Below, one piece after another: positions 1 through 8,135 of a stretch of DNA of 42,683 nt (the stretch's first letter is position 1; every line of letters starts with the position of its first letter). This DNA comes from Candidatus Saccharimonadia bacterium (GTDB taxonomy: Bacteria > Patescibacteriota > Saccharimonadia > Saccharimonadales > UBA4665), in the NCBI GenBank assembly GCA_023268595.1, contig JALQUD010000003.1:1-42683 (forward strand). Direction: 5' to 3'. Both the position numbers and the translations under genes were made by a program. The notes beneath the pieces were generated by a model that was not told where the DNA came from, did no database searches, and saw only the letters and a program-made list of their open reading frames with translations.

Positions 1-155
1 ACTTCGAAGCCATCGTACGCAGCCACGTCAAGAGTCTGGAGCTTCGTGAACTACTCCGATATGCCCTGACTGATAAAATTAACGACCGTGAAGTATACAT
101 GAAGGGCATTGACCAGTCGTATTATTATGAAGAGCCGGACAACTACAAAGGTTAA
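1..155 (+). CDS. 3' end of an unidentified CDS entering from upstream (partial)
   Basis: Frame 3 is open from the window edge to TAA at 153-155 (...FEAIVRSHVKSLELRELLRYALTDKINDREVYMKGIDQSYYYEEPDNYKG*). No motif recognised. Confidence 0.35.
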   Translation, partial: FEAIVRSHVKSLELRELLRYALTDKINDREVYMKGIDQSYYYEEPDNYKG

Positions 156-178
156 CGGCATACAGGAGGGAACACACC

Positions 179-547
179 ATGGACATGAAGATCGAATTAG
201 TACCAGTACCCGTCAGTGACACCGACCGGGCGATTGAGTTTTACAAGAAAGTCGGTTTTAACGTCGACCACGACTTCAAGGTACAACCCGGACTGCGGTT
301 CGTACAACTGACGCCTCCGGGCTCGGCTTGCTCGGTCGTCATCGGCGAAGGCACCACTGATATGAAAGTGGGCACCCAGAGCATTCAGATGGTCGTCGCC
401 AGCGCCCAGGCAGCCCACGATCAACTGCACGACAATGGCATTGAGGTGACCGACATCGAAACGCTGCCCTGGGGAATCTTTACCCGTTTTACCGACCCGG
501 ACGGTAACCAGTGGCATTTGCAAGAGCTTGTTCCGCAGCAAAGCTAG
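179..547 (+). CDS. VOC (glyoxalase/bleomycin-resistance/dioxygenase fold) family protein
   Basis: AGGAGGG Shine-Dalgarno upstream. N-terminus ELVPVPVSDTDRAIEFYKKVGF and C-terminus FTDPDGNQWHLQE are typical of small VOC proteins. Confidence 0.85.
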   Translation: MDMKIELVPVPVSDTDRAIEFYKKVGFNVDHDFKVQPGLRFVQLTPPGSACSVVIGEGTTDMKVGTQSIQMVVASAQAAHDQLHDNGIEVTDIETLPWGIFTRFTDPDGNQWHLQELVPQQS

Positions 548-593
548 CTACTAATATTAGCATCATATTGAAAATCATGGTATAAAACGTACC

Positions 594-983
594 ATGATGA
601 ATCAGCAGTCACGAGCGTTCGAATTAGCCAGGTTCGTCCACGATACCGTCTGGATGCGTAATGGTGTTCTGACGCACGAAGACTTGCAGCCGCGGTCAGT
701 CGAACGCGCTTACGGTACCGGTAACTCACGGCCGGAACAGGTAGTCGCTTTCAGTAGGAACCGCGATAGCGCCGACCCCAGGTCAGAGACACTATCACGC
801 AGCTCGGATAGCCGGTACTATTTCAACGTGAATACCGGCCCTGAATATACGGGCGAACTGAGCGATGGCAGACACATGATCACGCCGGAAAGCGATGTGG
901 CTACCTGGCAGCGATTACTCGGCTCGATGATGGTCCGAGAACTCATCGATGTCTGCCCGGAAGACCTGACCAAAACGACATAG
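594..983 (+). CDS. hypothetical protein (129 aa), no recognisable domain
   Basis: Clean ORF with coding-like composition. Extended -10 (TGGTATAAA, 578-586) sits 7 nt upstream of the ATG, consistent with a leaderless start. Confidence 0.6.
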   Translation: MMNQQSRAFELARFVHDTVWMRNGVLTHEDLQPRSVERAYGTGNSRPEQVVAFSRNRDSADPRSETLSRSSDSRYYFNVNTGPEYTGELSDGRHMITPESDVATWQRLLGSMMVRELIDVCPEDLTKTT

Positions 984-1026
984 TTTTTTGTCTGCTGGCG
1001 TTCATCGGATTGCAGGTCATTTCACG

Positions 1027-1055
1027 TTGCCAACCTTTTCAACAACGCTTATACT
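1027..1055 (+). promoter_or_regulatory. Sigma-70-type promoter for the BNR protein/sortase pair
   Basis: TTGCCA (1027-1032), 17-nt spacer, TATACT (1050-1055), about 34 nt upstream of the ATG, which has its own GAGGG Shine-Dalgarno. Confidence 0.5.
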
Positions 1056-1088
1056 TACGACTAACGAGTTAATGAGGGTTACGGTATT

Positions 1089-2348
1089 ATGGGATACGTC
1101 CATCTGGCAGGCCTTATCAAAATCAGGCGACTAGCCACGGTCTGGGGAACGGCGTTAGGGGTCGCATTGGTGTTGGCATATGCGACGCCGGCCATGGCGG
1201 CCGGCAGTTATACCTGGGTGGCGGCGAATGGTTTAGCATCGGCCACTTGTCCGCAATTGGCTTCGTCTGGCTCCGGGCAGTATATGCTTTGTGGCAACAT
1301 CGGCGGCAATCTGTTCACGTCTGACGACTACGGTGCCAACTGGACCGAACAAGTCGGCTCCAGCAGCCAGCCTTGGTCCGGCGTAGCGGTTTCGGGCGAC
1401 GGCAACCTGATGTACGCCGTCGCGGCAGACAACCTGTTATGGAAATCGGCCGACCATGGCGTCACCTGGACCAGCAGTGTCGTTCCGGGTACTTCGTTCA
1501 TTGAGAAATTAGCCATATCATCCGATGGCATGCACATCATCATGGCCGACTCCGGCAATACCGGTGTGGTATTCAAATCTCAGAACGGTGGAACCACCTG
1601 GACCAGTTTCACACCCACAGCCAGTGCATCGATCATCAGTCTTTCGATGTCCGGCGATGCGCAGCACATGGCAATAGCTTACTTGGGTGACATGGTGTAT
1701 ACCTCCAGCGACTACGGCGTCACCTGGACGCCACAAACCGGTATCGGCACCCACGACTGGACGACGGTCAACGTATCGCAGAACGGACAGCACTTCGCAG
1801 CAGCTGCCGGTGATGGCACGATAGTCAAATCTGCCGACTATGGCATGAACTGGCTGCCAATAAGCATCCCCGGCGCGCAGTACTGGAATGGCATCGTCAT
1901 ATCCAACGACGGACAGACCCTGATTGCCAGCCAATACTTCTTTGACTTCGGATCGCTCAGCACCACTGGAGACCTATATCGTTCGGATGATGGCGGTGTG
2001 ACCTGGTCACCAGAAACGGGCGTTCCTGCCGATTCCGGCTGGTCGCCGGTTGCCGGATCTGCCGACCGCAGCCGTCTGGCGGCGCGGGCCATAAACGGCA
2101 ATCAGGTATACGTCGGCACCAATCCGGCCATGATACCTGCACCGCCGGCCCCACAACCAAGCGGTCAGGCCGGCCAGGACGGCTCCGCCACAGCTAGCAT
2201 CACCGACGCTAAGGCGGCATCAGCCGTGAGCGTACCTAATACCGGAGTGGAACCGGCCGACAACCGTTTGCCAATCGTCATAGCAATCACAGCTGCAGGG
2301 CTCGCCTTGGGCTGGACAGCCCGACGTCTCCGCAATGTCCGGGTCTGA
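1089..2348 (+). CDS. Cell-surface BNR/Asp-box repeat (beta-propeller) protein with C-terminal sortase sorting signal
   Basis: Signal peptide (..ATPAMA/AG). Six Asp-box motifs: SDDYGANWT, SADHGVTWT, SQNGGTTWT, SSDYGVTWT, SADYGMNWL, SDDGGVTWS. Pro/Ala-rich stalk. C-terminal VPNTG followed by a hydrophobic segment (LPIVIAITAAGLALGW) and a basic tail (RRLRNVRV). Confidence 0.88.
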   Translation: MGYVHLAGLIKIRRLATVWGTALGVALVLAYATPAMAAGSYTWVAANGLASATCPQLASSGSGQYMLCGNIGGNLFTSDDYGANWTEQVGSSSQPWSGVAVSGDGNLMYAVAADNLLWKSADHGVTWTSSVVPGTSFIEKLAISSDGMHIIMADSGNTGVVFKSQNGGTTWTSFTPTASASIISLSMSGDAQHMAIAYLGDMVYTSSDYGVTWTPQTGIGTHDWTTVNVSQNGQHFAAAAGDGTIVKSADYGMNWLPISIPGAQYWNGIVISNDGQTLIASQYFFDFGSLSTTGDLYRSDDGGVTWSPETGVPADSGWSPVAGSADRSRLAARAINGNQVYVGTNPAMIPAPPAPQPSGQAGQDGSATASITDAKAASAVSVPNTGVEPADNRLPIVIAITAAGLALGWTARRLRNVRV

Positions 2349-3018
2349 GCCAACACCTAAGCGCCGGCCAAGCCCACGCCGAAGGTACCGGCCACTGACC
2401 ATACTCTCCATGGTAGCGGTACTTGGAATCGTGTCATATGGCGTCTGGTTCACCCATGATTACGTCAGCCGCACACATTTCGGATCCGGACCGACGGTAC
2501 CGCCGACCACCACCGTGACTACCGATGACGAACCGAGCGAAAAGAGGGTAGGGACAGTTTCAGATAGCTACACCGTAGCAGCTGATAGGCCCCGTTCGTT
2601 GCGTATCAGCAGACTCGGCATCCATGCCTATATTCAGCCGGTCGGCGTCACCAAAGACAATGCCATGGCCACGCCAAGCAACATCGGCTTCGTAGGCTGG
2701 TACGACCGTGGTGCCGTGCCAGGCACCGACGGCGTCAGCATCTTGAACGGACACGTCAGCGGCCGCTATGCCGACGGCGTATTCAAACGGCTCCATGAGC
2801 TTACAGCCGGTGACGACATACAAGTTGAAATGGGCAATAAGACATCCAGGTCATTCACGGTCAGGTCGGTCAGGTCATATAAGACCGCCGATGCGGCAGG
2901 TCCGCTATACCAAGCCAGCGGCACATCCGGCCGCGAACTTCACCTGATAACCTGCGGCGGCACGTTCGACAAAGCCAGCGACACCTACCGGGAACGGTTG
3001 ATCGTGGTAGCCGACTAG
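2335..3018 (+). CDS. Sortase family transpeptidase, class-F-like
   Basis: N-terminal TM anchor and Thr/Pro linker. Catalytic His (LNGHVSG), Cys (LHLITCGG) and Arg (YRERLIVVA). The ATG overlaps the end of the putative substrate gene by 14 nt. Confidence 0.88.
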   Translation: MSGSEPTPKRRPSPRRRYRPLTILSMVAVLGIVSYGVWFTHDYVSRTHFGSGPTVPPTTTVTTDDEPSEKRVGTVSDSYTVAADRPRSLRISRLGIHAYIQPVGVTKDNAMATPSNIGFVGWYDRGAVPGTDGVSILNGHVSGRYADGVFKRLHELTAGDDIQVEMGNKTSRSFTVRSVRSYKTADAAGPLYQASGTSGRELHLITCGGTFDKASDTYRERLIVVAD

Positions 3019-3027
3019 ATCGGCCGG

Positions 3028-4002
3028 CTATTGATACGACACATACGCTGGCGAAGGCGACAGCATCACGGTCTGCTGCGGGGTCAGCATCGGCGAATCC
3101 TCGTCGTAGAAATTCTTCCAGCCGAATGAGATACCAGCCGGTGCGCCAGTTCTGAGAACGTTCCAAGTATCAGATTTCTGAGCCTGAGAACCATGCCCGT
3201 CCATCTGGATCATGTATGCCAGCTGCTCGCCATGTGCCATGTCCAACCGCTCGCGGTCACGTACCATATCCAGCCTGAACTGATGGACCAGGAATAACTT
3301 CTGCGGCAGTTTACCGGCTTTGACCAAGCCGGCCAGCCAACCGGCCGTGGCATTGACCTCATCGATACCGACCGAACCGATGACCCCGAGCGGCACCTGG
3401 TCGGCATTGACACGCCATTCCGGATCAAGCGCCAGGCCGACATGCGGCAGCTTAAGCAACGACTCATAGGCTTTGGCCTGGATCAGGAAATCACTCCTGC
3501 CGGGTTGCAGATCAAGCACCACGTACATGCCAGCCTTGCCGGCGGCTTCGACCCACGGACGCAGTCTATCGGCGTCAATTTCGGCCGAATAATCACCATT
3601 GGCCGTGGGGCTGGAGGACGCGACGCTGGCGATGATTTCCAGGGTTGGAATGACCCTGTCTTGGGTATGCGGCTGATAGCTGGCCGCCAGTTCGCGGGCA
3701 CGCTGCAGACTGGCATCAAGCGGTTGCTCGCCGAGTACGCCAAGTGCCGGCTCGCCCGGCGTGCCGTATAGGGCAACCAGCCGATTACCGGCCAGGAGCG
3801 TACGTCCGCCCCACGGCAGCTCGGAAGGCTTGACCACGCCGTTAGCCGGCTTACCGGAGCGCTGCGCCGGGTGCGATGAAGGAGGAAATGCCGGGCTACG
3901 GTCGTCGGCCCGGCCGGCCGCCACCGACGTAGCCATGGCCAGCGACATGAGGCACATCACCAACGCCACCAATCTGAGCAGGCTACGCTTACGGCTATCC
4001 AT
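3028..4002 (-). CDS. Secreted hypothetical protein (possible TIM-barrel glycoside-hydrolase-like fold)
   Basis: The ATG at 4002 gives a classic signal peptide, MDSRKRSLLRLVALVMCLMSLAMATSVAAG. The track ORF starts at an upstream TTG (4020). TATAAT (4010-4015, minus strand) lies 7 nt upstream of the ATG. The function guess rests only on the alternating beta/alpha pattern (..MYVVLDLQPG.., ..GLALDPEW..). Confidence 0.6.
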   Translation of the reverse strand: MDSRKRSLLRLVALVMCLMSLAMATSVAAGRADDRSPAFPPSSHPAQRSGKPANGVVKPSELPWGGRTLLAGNRLVALYGTPGEPALGVLGEQPLDASLQRARELAASYQPHTQDRVIPTLEIIASVASSSPTANGDYSAEIDADRLRPWVEAAGKAGMYVVLDLQPGRSDFLIQAKAYESLLKLPHVGLALDPEWRVNADQVPLGVIGSVGIDEVNATAGWLAGLVKAGKLPQKLFLVHQFRLDMVRDRERLDMAHGEQLAYMIQMDGHGSQAQKSDTWNVLRTGAPAGISFGWKNFYDEDSPMLTPQQTVMLSPSPAYVSYQ

Positions 4003-4067
4003 GCCGGCGATTATAGGCAAGATGACTGATGATTGAAAGCCGGCAGACCGCAGGATTCGTTATTACA

Positions 4068-4745
4068 TCACAACTTGACCGGTGAACCGAGTATGGTGTT
4101 TTCGCCACGGACATGGACGTTATATAGCGCCTTGATACGTGCTAACGGTTCACGCCGTCCGGCATTGTTGGCTTCGACGCCACTGGCGACGCCGTACGTT
4201 TCGATTCCGAAGTGCCGGCACAAGTAAATAGCCCGGGGCAGATGAGAACCCGCGCTATACACCACCAGCCGCGACTGTCCGAAGACATCATGGGCACGCT
4301 GGCAGGACTCATAGGTGCTGCGACCAGCAAAATCACGCTGCAGTTTATCCGCCGGTACATCCTTGACGTCAATCAGATACTTCATCATGGCAGTCGGTTC
4401 ATCATAACTGGTAAAACGGTTGTCACCGGACAGGATCAGTTTGTCGACGTCACCACGCCGCAAGCCTTCGGCAGCCACGTCCAGACGGGCGCGTAACTCA
4501 CGGAACGGCTTACCGTCGTCAGTGATTCCGGCACCAAGTACCATGCCGACCTTGACATGCTCGTCACGCACCTTATCGGGCGACAGGACATATGTATCAT
4601 ATGGCTCCACCACCGCTTCGGCCACGAACACGGCCAGGATCGGGAGGGACATCAGAAATACCGCAGCCAGACCGTACACTACCGGTCGACGGCGTACGGA
4701 GCGAAGTAACGGATCCAGGGCACGGGTTACTGTTCGTCTTATCAT
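4068..4745 (-). CDS. ElyC/SanA/YdcF (DUF218) family membrane-anchored protein
   Basis: N-terminal TM helix, then the DUF218 core: GMVLGAG.., KLILSGDNRFTSYDEPTAMMKYL, VVYSAGSHLPRA. Confidence 0.8.
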   Translation of the reverse strand: MIRRTVTRALDPLLRSVRRRPVVYGLAAVFLMSLPILAVFVAEAVVEPYDTYVLSPDKVRDEHVKVGMVLGAGITDDGKPFRELRARLDVAAEGLRRGDVDKLILSGDNRFTSYDEPTAMMKYLIDVKDVPADKLQRDFAGRSTYESCQRAHDVFGQSRLVVYSAGSHLPRAIYLCRHFGIETYGVASGVEANNAGRREPLARIKALYNVHVRGENTILGSPVKL

Positions 4746-4881
4746 AGCGTCATATATTGTAGCTCACGCTAGCCGCTTTCAGACCGGTGATATCGGATTT
4801 TTCACAGCAACCGGCGGCAGATAGGTCCAGTATGGCTACAGTATCTAGCTCAACCTATACCGATTAAGGAGACCAGCCATC

Positions 4882-5772
4882 ATGACGAACCAATACGACA
4901 TGCAGGACCCACGTTCACAATATCCGACCCCGGACATCCCCGAACAGACCCAGCCCGAACCGGGCCTCGACAAGGACATGACGCCCAAAGCCGACCACGG
5001 CGCCGACAGCTACACCGGTCACGGCCGGCTGAAGGGTAGGAAAGCATTGGTCACCGGCGCCGATAGTGGCATCGGCCGGGCAGTGGCGTTAGCCTTCGCC
5101 CGCGAAGGCGCTGATGTCGCCATGAGCTATCTACCAGCCGAGCAGGCCGATGCCGATGAGGCTAAGGCTGAGATCGAACAGGAGGGCGTCCACGTCGTGA
5201 TGCTACCGGCCGACCTGACCAATGAAGCGGCTGCCCGTGGTCTGCCCCACGAGGCGAACAAGGCGCTCGGTGGTCTGGACATCATCGTCAACAATGCCGG
5301 TAAGCAGATATTCACCGACGATTTTGCAAAACTGCCGAGCGACCAGCTGACCAAGACATTCACGGTCAATGTCTTTGCGATGTTCTGGATCTGCCAAGAA
5401 GCCCTGCAGTACCTCAAACCGGGTTCGGCCATAATCAACACGACGTCTATCCAAGCAACCATGCCCTCGCCGGGCTTATTAGATTATGCTTCGACCAAAG
5501 GCGCCATCCTGGCCTTCACCCGTGGCCTAGCCCAGGAACTGACACCGAAAGGTATCCGCGTCAATGCCGTGGCACCCGGCCCGGTCTGGACACCGCTCCA
5601 ACCGTCACATGGCCAATCGCAGGAAAAGTTGACCAGCTTCGGCCAGGAAACCCCATTGGGCAGGCCGGGGCAGCCGGCCGAAATGGCACCGCTGTACGTA
5701 TTTCTAGCCAGCCAGGAGTCAAGCTATGTTTCCGGCGAAACCATTGGCGCGGCTGGTGGCCGGCTACGCTAA
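4882..5772 (+). CDS. SDR family oxidoreductase, YdaD/YghA-like (general-stress type)
   Basis: AAGGAG Shine-Dalgarno. TGADSGIGRAVA, NNAG and YASTKGA (YxxxK) motifs. The N-terminal leader PEPGLDKDMTPKADHG..Y.G.GRLKG is typical of this SDR subgroup. Confidence 0.9.
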   Translation: MTNQYDMQDPRSQYPTPDIPEQTQPEPGLDKDMTPKADHGADSYTGHGRLKGRKALVTGADSGIGRAVALAFAREGADVAMSYLPAEQADADEAKAEIEQEGVHVVMLPADLTNEAAARGLPHEANKALGGLDIIVNNAGKQIFTDDFAKLPSDQLTKTFTVNVFAMFWICQEALQYLKPGSAIINTTSIQATMPSPGLLDYASTKGAILAFTRGLAQELTPKGIRVNAVAPGPVWTPLQPSHGQSQEKLTSFGQETPLGRPGQPAEMAPLYVFLASQESSYVSGETIGAAGGRLR

Positions 5773-6536
5773 GCTGTCTTTGACGACTTAAGAAAGCCAG
5801 TGGTCAGCCGGCCCAGCTGCGTCGCCTGACGGCGTGGCGAATGGTGGCCACCGGCAATCAGTTCCAGTCGCACGTTAGTAGGCAGATCATGGGCCGCCAG
5901 GTTACGCTGGTACTCCGGCCGATCGGATGTGCCGACGATCAGCAGGGTGGGTTGGTTCAGCCGGGCAAGGTCGGTGAATGCCTCGGCCCGCTCGATGATA
6001 TTGGCCAGGGATCCTTCACGGGACCAACGTCGGTGCCGCAACGTACCGGCAGCTAGCAACCGTATAGCCGGCCACAGTAGGTTACGATACCGCGAATCCA
6101 ACAGGATGCGATACGTACGGCTCGTCCGCCGCAATGTGCTACGCGCTTGTTCCGGTCCGTCATACAAGGGCGGATGCATCAGCACCAGCTGCGATACTCG
6201 GTCAGGATAGGCAAGGGCAAAGCGCTTGGCGATGAGTGCGCCCATGGAATGGCCAGCCAGTATCAATGGTACGTGGTCGCCGATACCATGACGTCGCAGC
6301 ATGTCGGCGATGTGCGCGATATGTTCTTCATACCCATACGCCGAGTCACGTGGCTTAGGAGCCGCCCCAAAGCCAAGCAGGTCAAGCGCCACTACGCGGA
6401 AACCGGCCGCAACCAGCAACGGCGCCAGCCTGTCCCAATACCGCATGGATCCAAGAAAGCCGTGCAATAGCACTATGACTGGACCATGGCCCCCATAGTC
6501 GCGCCAACCCCTATCATCCGATCCACTACGTTTCAT
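5769..6536 (-). CDS. alpha/beta hydrolase
   Basis: VLLHGFLGS, nucleophile elbow GHSMGA, C-terminal GGHHSP. Its 3' end overlaps the convergent SDR gene by 4 nt. Confidence 0.88.
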   Translation of the reverse strand: MKRSGSDDRGWRDYGGHGPVIVLLHGFLGSMRYWDRLAPLLVAAGFRVVALDLLGFGAAPKPRDSAYGYEEHIAHIADMLRRHGIGDHVPLILAGHSMGALIAKRFALAYPDRVSQLVLMHPPLYDGPEQARSTLRRTSRTYRILLDSRYRNLLWPAIRLLAAGTLRHRRWSREGSLANIIERAEAFTDLARLNQPTLLIVGTSDRPEYQRNLAAHDLPTNVRLELIAGGHHSPRRQATQLGRLTTGFLKSSKTA

Positions 6537-6540
6537 AACT

Positions 6541-6558
6541 ATACTTAGTAATAAGTAT
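6541..6558. promoter_or_regulatory. Candidate operator: perfect inverted repeat ATACTTA-N4-TAAGTAT
   Basis: It overlaps the -10 hexamer and predicted transcription start of the alpha/beta hydrolase promoter. Confidence 0.4.
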
Positions 6559-6582
6559 ATAACTTTTATGCTTTACTGTCAA
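6554..6582 (-). promoter_or_regulatory. Sigma-70-type promoter of the alpha/beta hydrolase gene
   Basis: On the minus strand: TTGACA (6577-6582), 17-nt spacer, TATACT (6554-6559), then 17 nt to the ATG. Confidence 0.55.
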
Positions 6583-6707
6583 TTTATCTGGATCGCGCTG
6601 AGCGAAGCCGCGTTAGTGGTAATTTTCACAGTTACAGACCTGCCGACTATGTCATACTGTTTGCACCAAACCTTACACTAATTTCCGTACGACACTAGGA
6701 GCATGCC

Positions 6708-7148
6708 ATGAACAGACAAGTTTTCATCAATCTGCCGGTCAGCGACCTTAAACGATCGACGGAATTCTATGAGGCACTCGGCTTCATTAAGAACGACACG
6801 TTTTCCGGTGAACAGGCTAGCTGCATGGTGTGGTCGGACTCCATTTACGTCATGTTGCTGACACACGAATTTTACCGTGGATTCCTGCAAGACAAGACGA
6901 TCGCCGACACTAAGACGACCAGTGGCGTCCTGTTGGCACTCAGCCTCAAATCCAAAGAAGAGGTCCAAGCCTTCGCTGACACTGCCAAGGCTAATGGTGG
7001 TAACGTCTATCAGGTGGATACCGGTATCAGCGAGGATGCGATGTTCGGCTATGAGGTCCAGGACCCGGATGGACACAACTGGGAACCGATGTGGATGAAC
7101 CCCGGTTATCAGCCTGACCAGCCCGACAGGCCTGACCAGCCCGAATAG
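6708..7148 (+). CDS. VOC/glyoxalase-fold family protein
   Basis: TAGGAG Shine-Dalgarno. INLPVSDLKRSTEFYEALGF start and YEVQDPDGHNWE end. Pro/Asp/Gln-rich C-terminal tail encoded by a short tandem repeat. Confidence 0.85.
   Translation: MNRQVFINLPVSDLKRSTEFYEALGFIKNDTFSGEQASCMVWSDSIYVMLLTHEFYRGFLQDKTIADTKTTSGVLLALSLKSKEEVQAFADTAKANGGNVYQVDTGISEDAMFGYEVQDPDGHNWEPMWMNPGYQPDQPDRPDQPE
7113..7144 (+). repeat. Short in-frame tandem repeat (18-bp period; CCTGACCAGCCCGA occurs twice)
   Basis: CCTGACCAGCCCGA at 7113-7126 and 7131-7144, separated by CAGG. It encodes the ..QPDQPDRPDQPE C-terminal tail of the VOC protein. Confidence 0.8.
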
Positions 7149-7199
7149 CACGGCCGGACCGACAGGTAATCATAACAACCGAGGAGATTCATAGCCATC

Positions 7200-8099
7200 A
7201 TGACCGATCAGAACATCATTCCCAGCCTATGGTACGCTGGCAACGCCCAGGAAGCCGTCGACTTTTACGTATCCGCCTTTAGTGACGGCAAGATAATCGA
7301 GACAGCCACCTATCCGGAAGAAGGTCTGGCCGACTTCCAAAAAGATTTGGCCGGCAAGGTATTGACCATCGACTTCAGCCTGCACGACTTCCGTTTCATC
7401 GCGGTCAACGCCGGTCCGGATTTCACACCCAACCCGTCGATCTCGTTCATGCTCAACTTCGACCCGGCTACCGATCCGCAGGCCCGCGAGCACCTGGATG
7501 AACTGTGGCAGAAGTTGGCCGAAGGCGGCAAGGCGCTCATGCCGCTTGGCGAGTACCCGTTCAGTCCGCACTACGGCTGGATTCAGGACCGCTTTGGCAT
7601 CAGCTGGCAGCTGATGCTGACCAACCCGGACGGCCAGCCGCGTCCGTTCATCATCCCATCATTGATGTTCACCCAGGAACAGACCAACCATGCGGAGGAA
7701 GCGATCCGGTTCTACGTATCGGTCTTCAAGGATGGCCTGCCCGGCACCATGAATCCTTACCAGGAGGACAGTGGCCCAGCTAAAGCCGGCTCTCTGATGT
7801 TCGGCGATTTCTCACTAGCCGGACAGTGGTTCGCAGCCATGGATGGCGGCGGAGCCGATCATGCCTTCAAATTCAACGAAGGCATATCGCTGATGATCAT
7901 GTGCGACACCCAGGAAGAAATTGACTACTACTGGGACAAGTTGTCCGCCGTACCGGAGGCCGAGCAATGCGGTTGGCTCAAGGACCGCTTCGGCGTCAGC
8001 TGGCAGGTCACACCGCGCAACATGGGCGAGCTGATGCAGCGTCCGCAGGCTTTCGAGCACATGATGGAGATGAAGAAGCTGGTCATCGCCGACTTCTAA
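7200..8099 (+). CDS. Tandem VOC-fold protein of the PhnB / '3-demethylubiquinone-9 3-methyltransferase-like' type
   Basis: Two homologous halves, each ending in a ..GWIQDRFGISWQL.. / ..GWLKDRFGVSWQV.. motif. N-terminus IPSLWYAGNAQEAVDFYVSAF. Confidence 0.85.
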   Translation: MTDQNIIPSLWYAGNAQEAVDFYVSAFSDGKIIETATYPEEGLADFQKDLAGKVLTIDFSLHDFRFIAVNAGPDFTPNPSISFMLNFDPATDPQAREHLDELWQKLAEGGKALMPLGEYPFSPHYGWIQDRFGISWQLMLTNPDGQPRPFIIPSLMFTQEQTNHAEEAIRFYVSVFKDGLPGTMNPYQEDSGPAKAGSLMFGDFSLAGQWFAAMDGGGADHAFKFNEGISLMIMCDTQEEIDYYWDKLSAVPEAEQCGWLKDRFGVSWQVTPRNMGELMQRPQAFEHMMEMKKLVIADF

Positions 8100-8100
8100 G

Positions 8101-8129
8101 TTGTATAAATTACTATTTTGTGATATAAT
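8101..8129 (+). promoter_or_regulatory. Near-consensus promoter giving a leaderless mRNA for the HIT-like gene
   Basis: TTGTAT (8101-8106), 17-nt spacer ending in TGA (extended -10), TATAAT (8124-8129). The ATG at 8136 is 6 nt downstream, with no Shine-Dalgarno. Confidence 0.6.
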
Positions 8130-8135
8130 TGGTAA

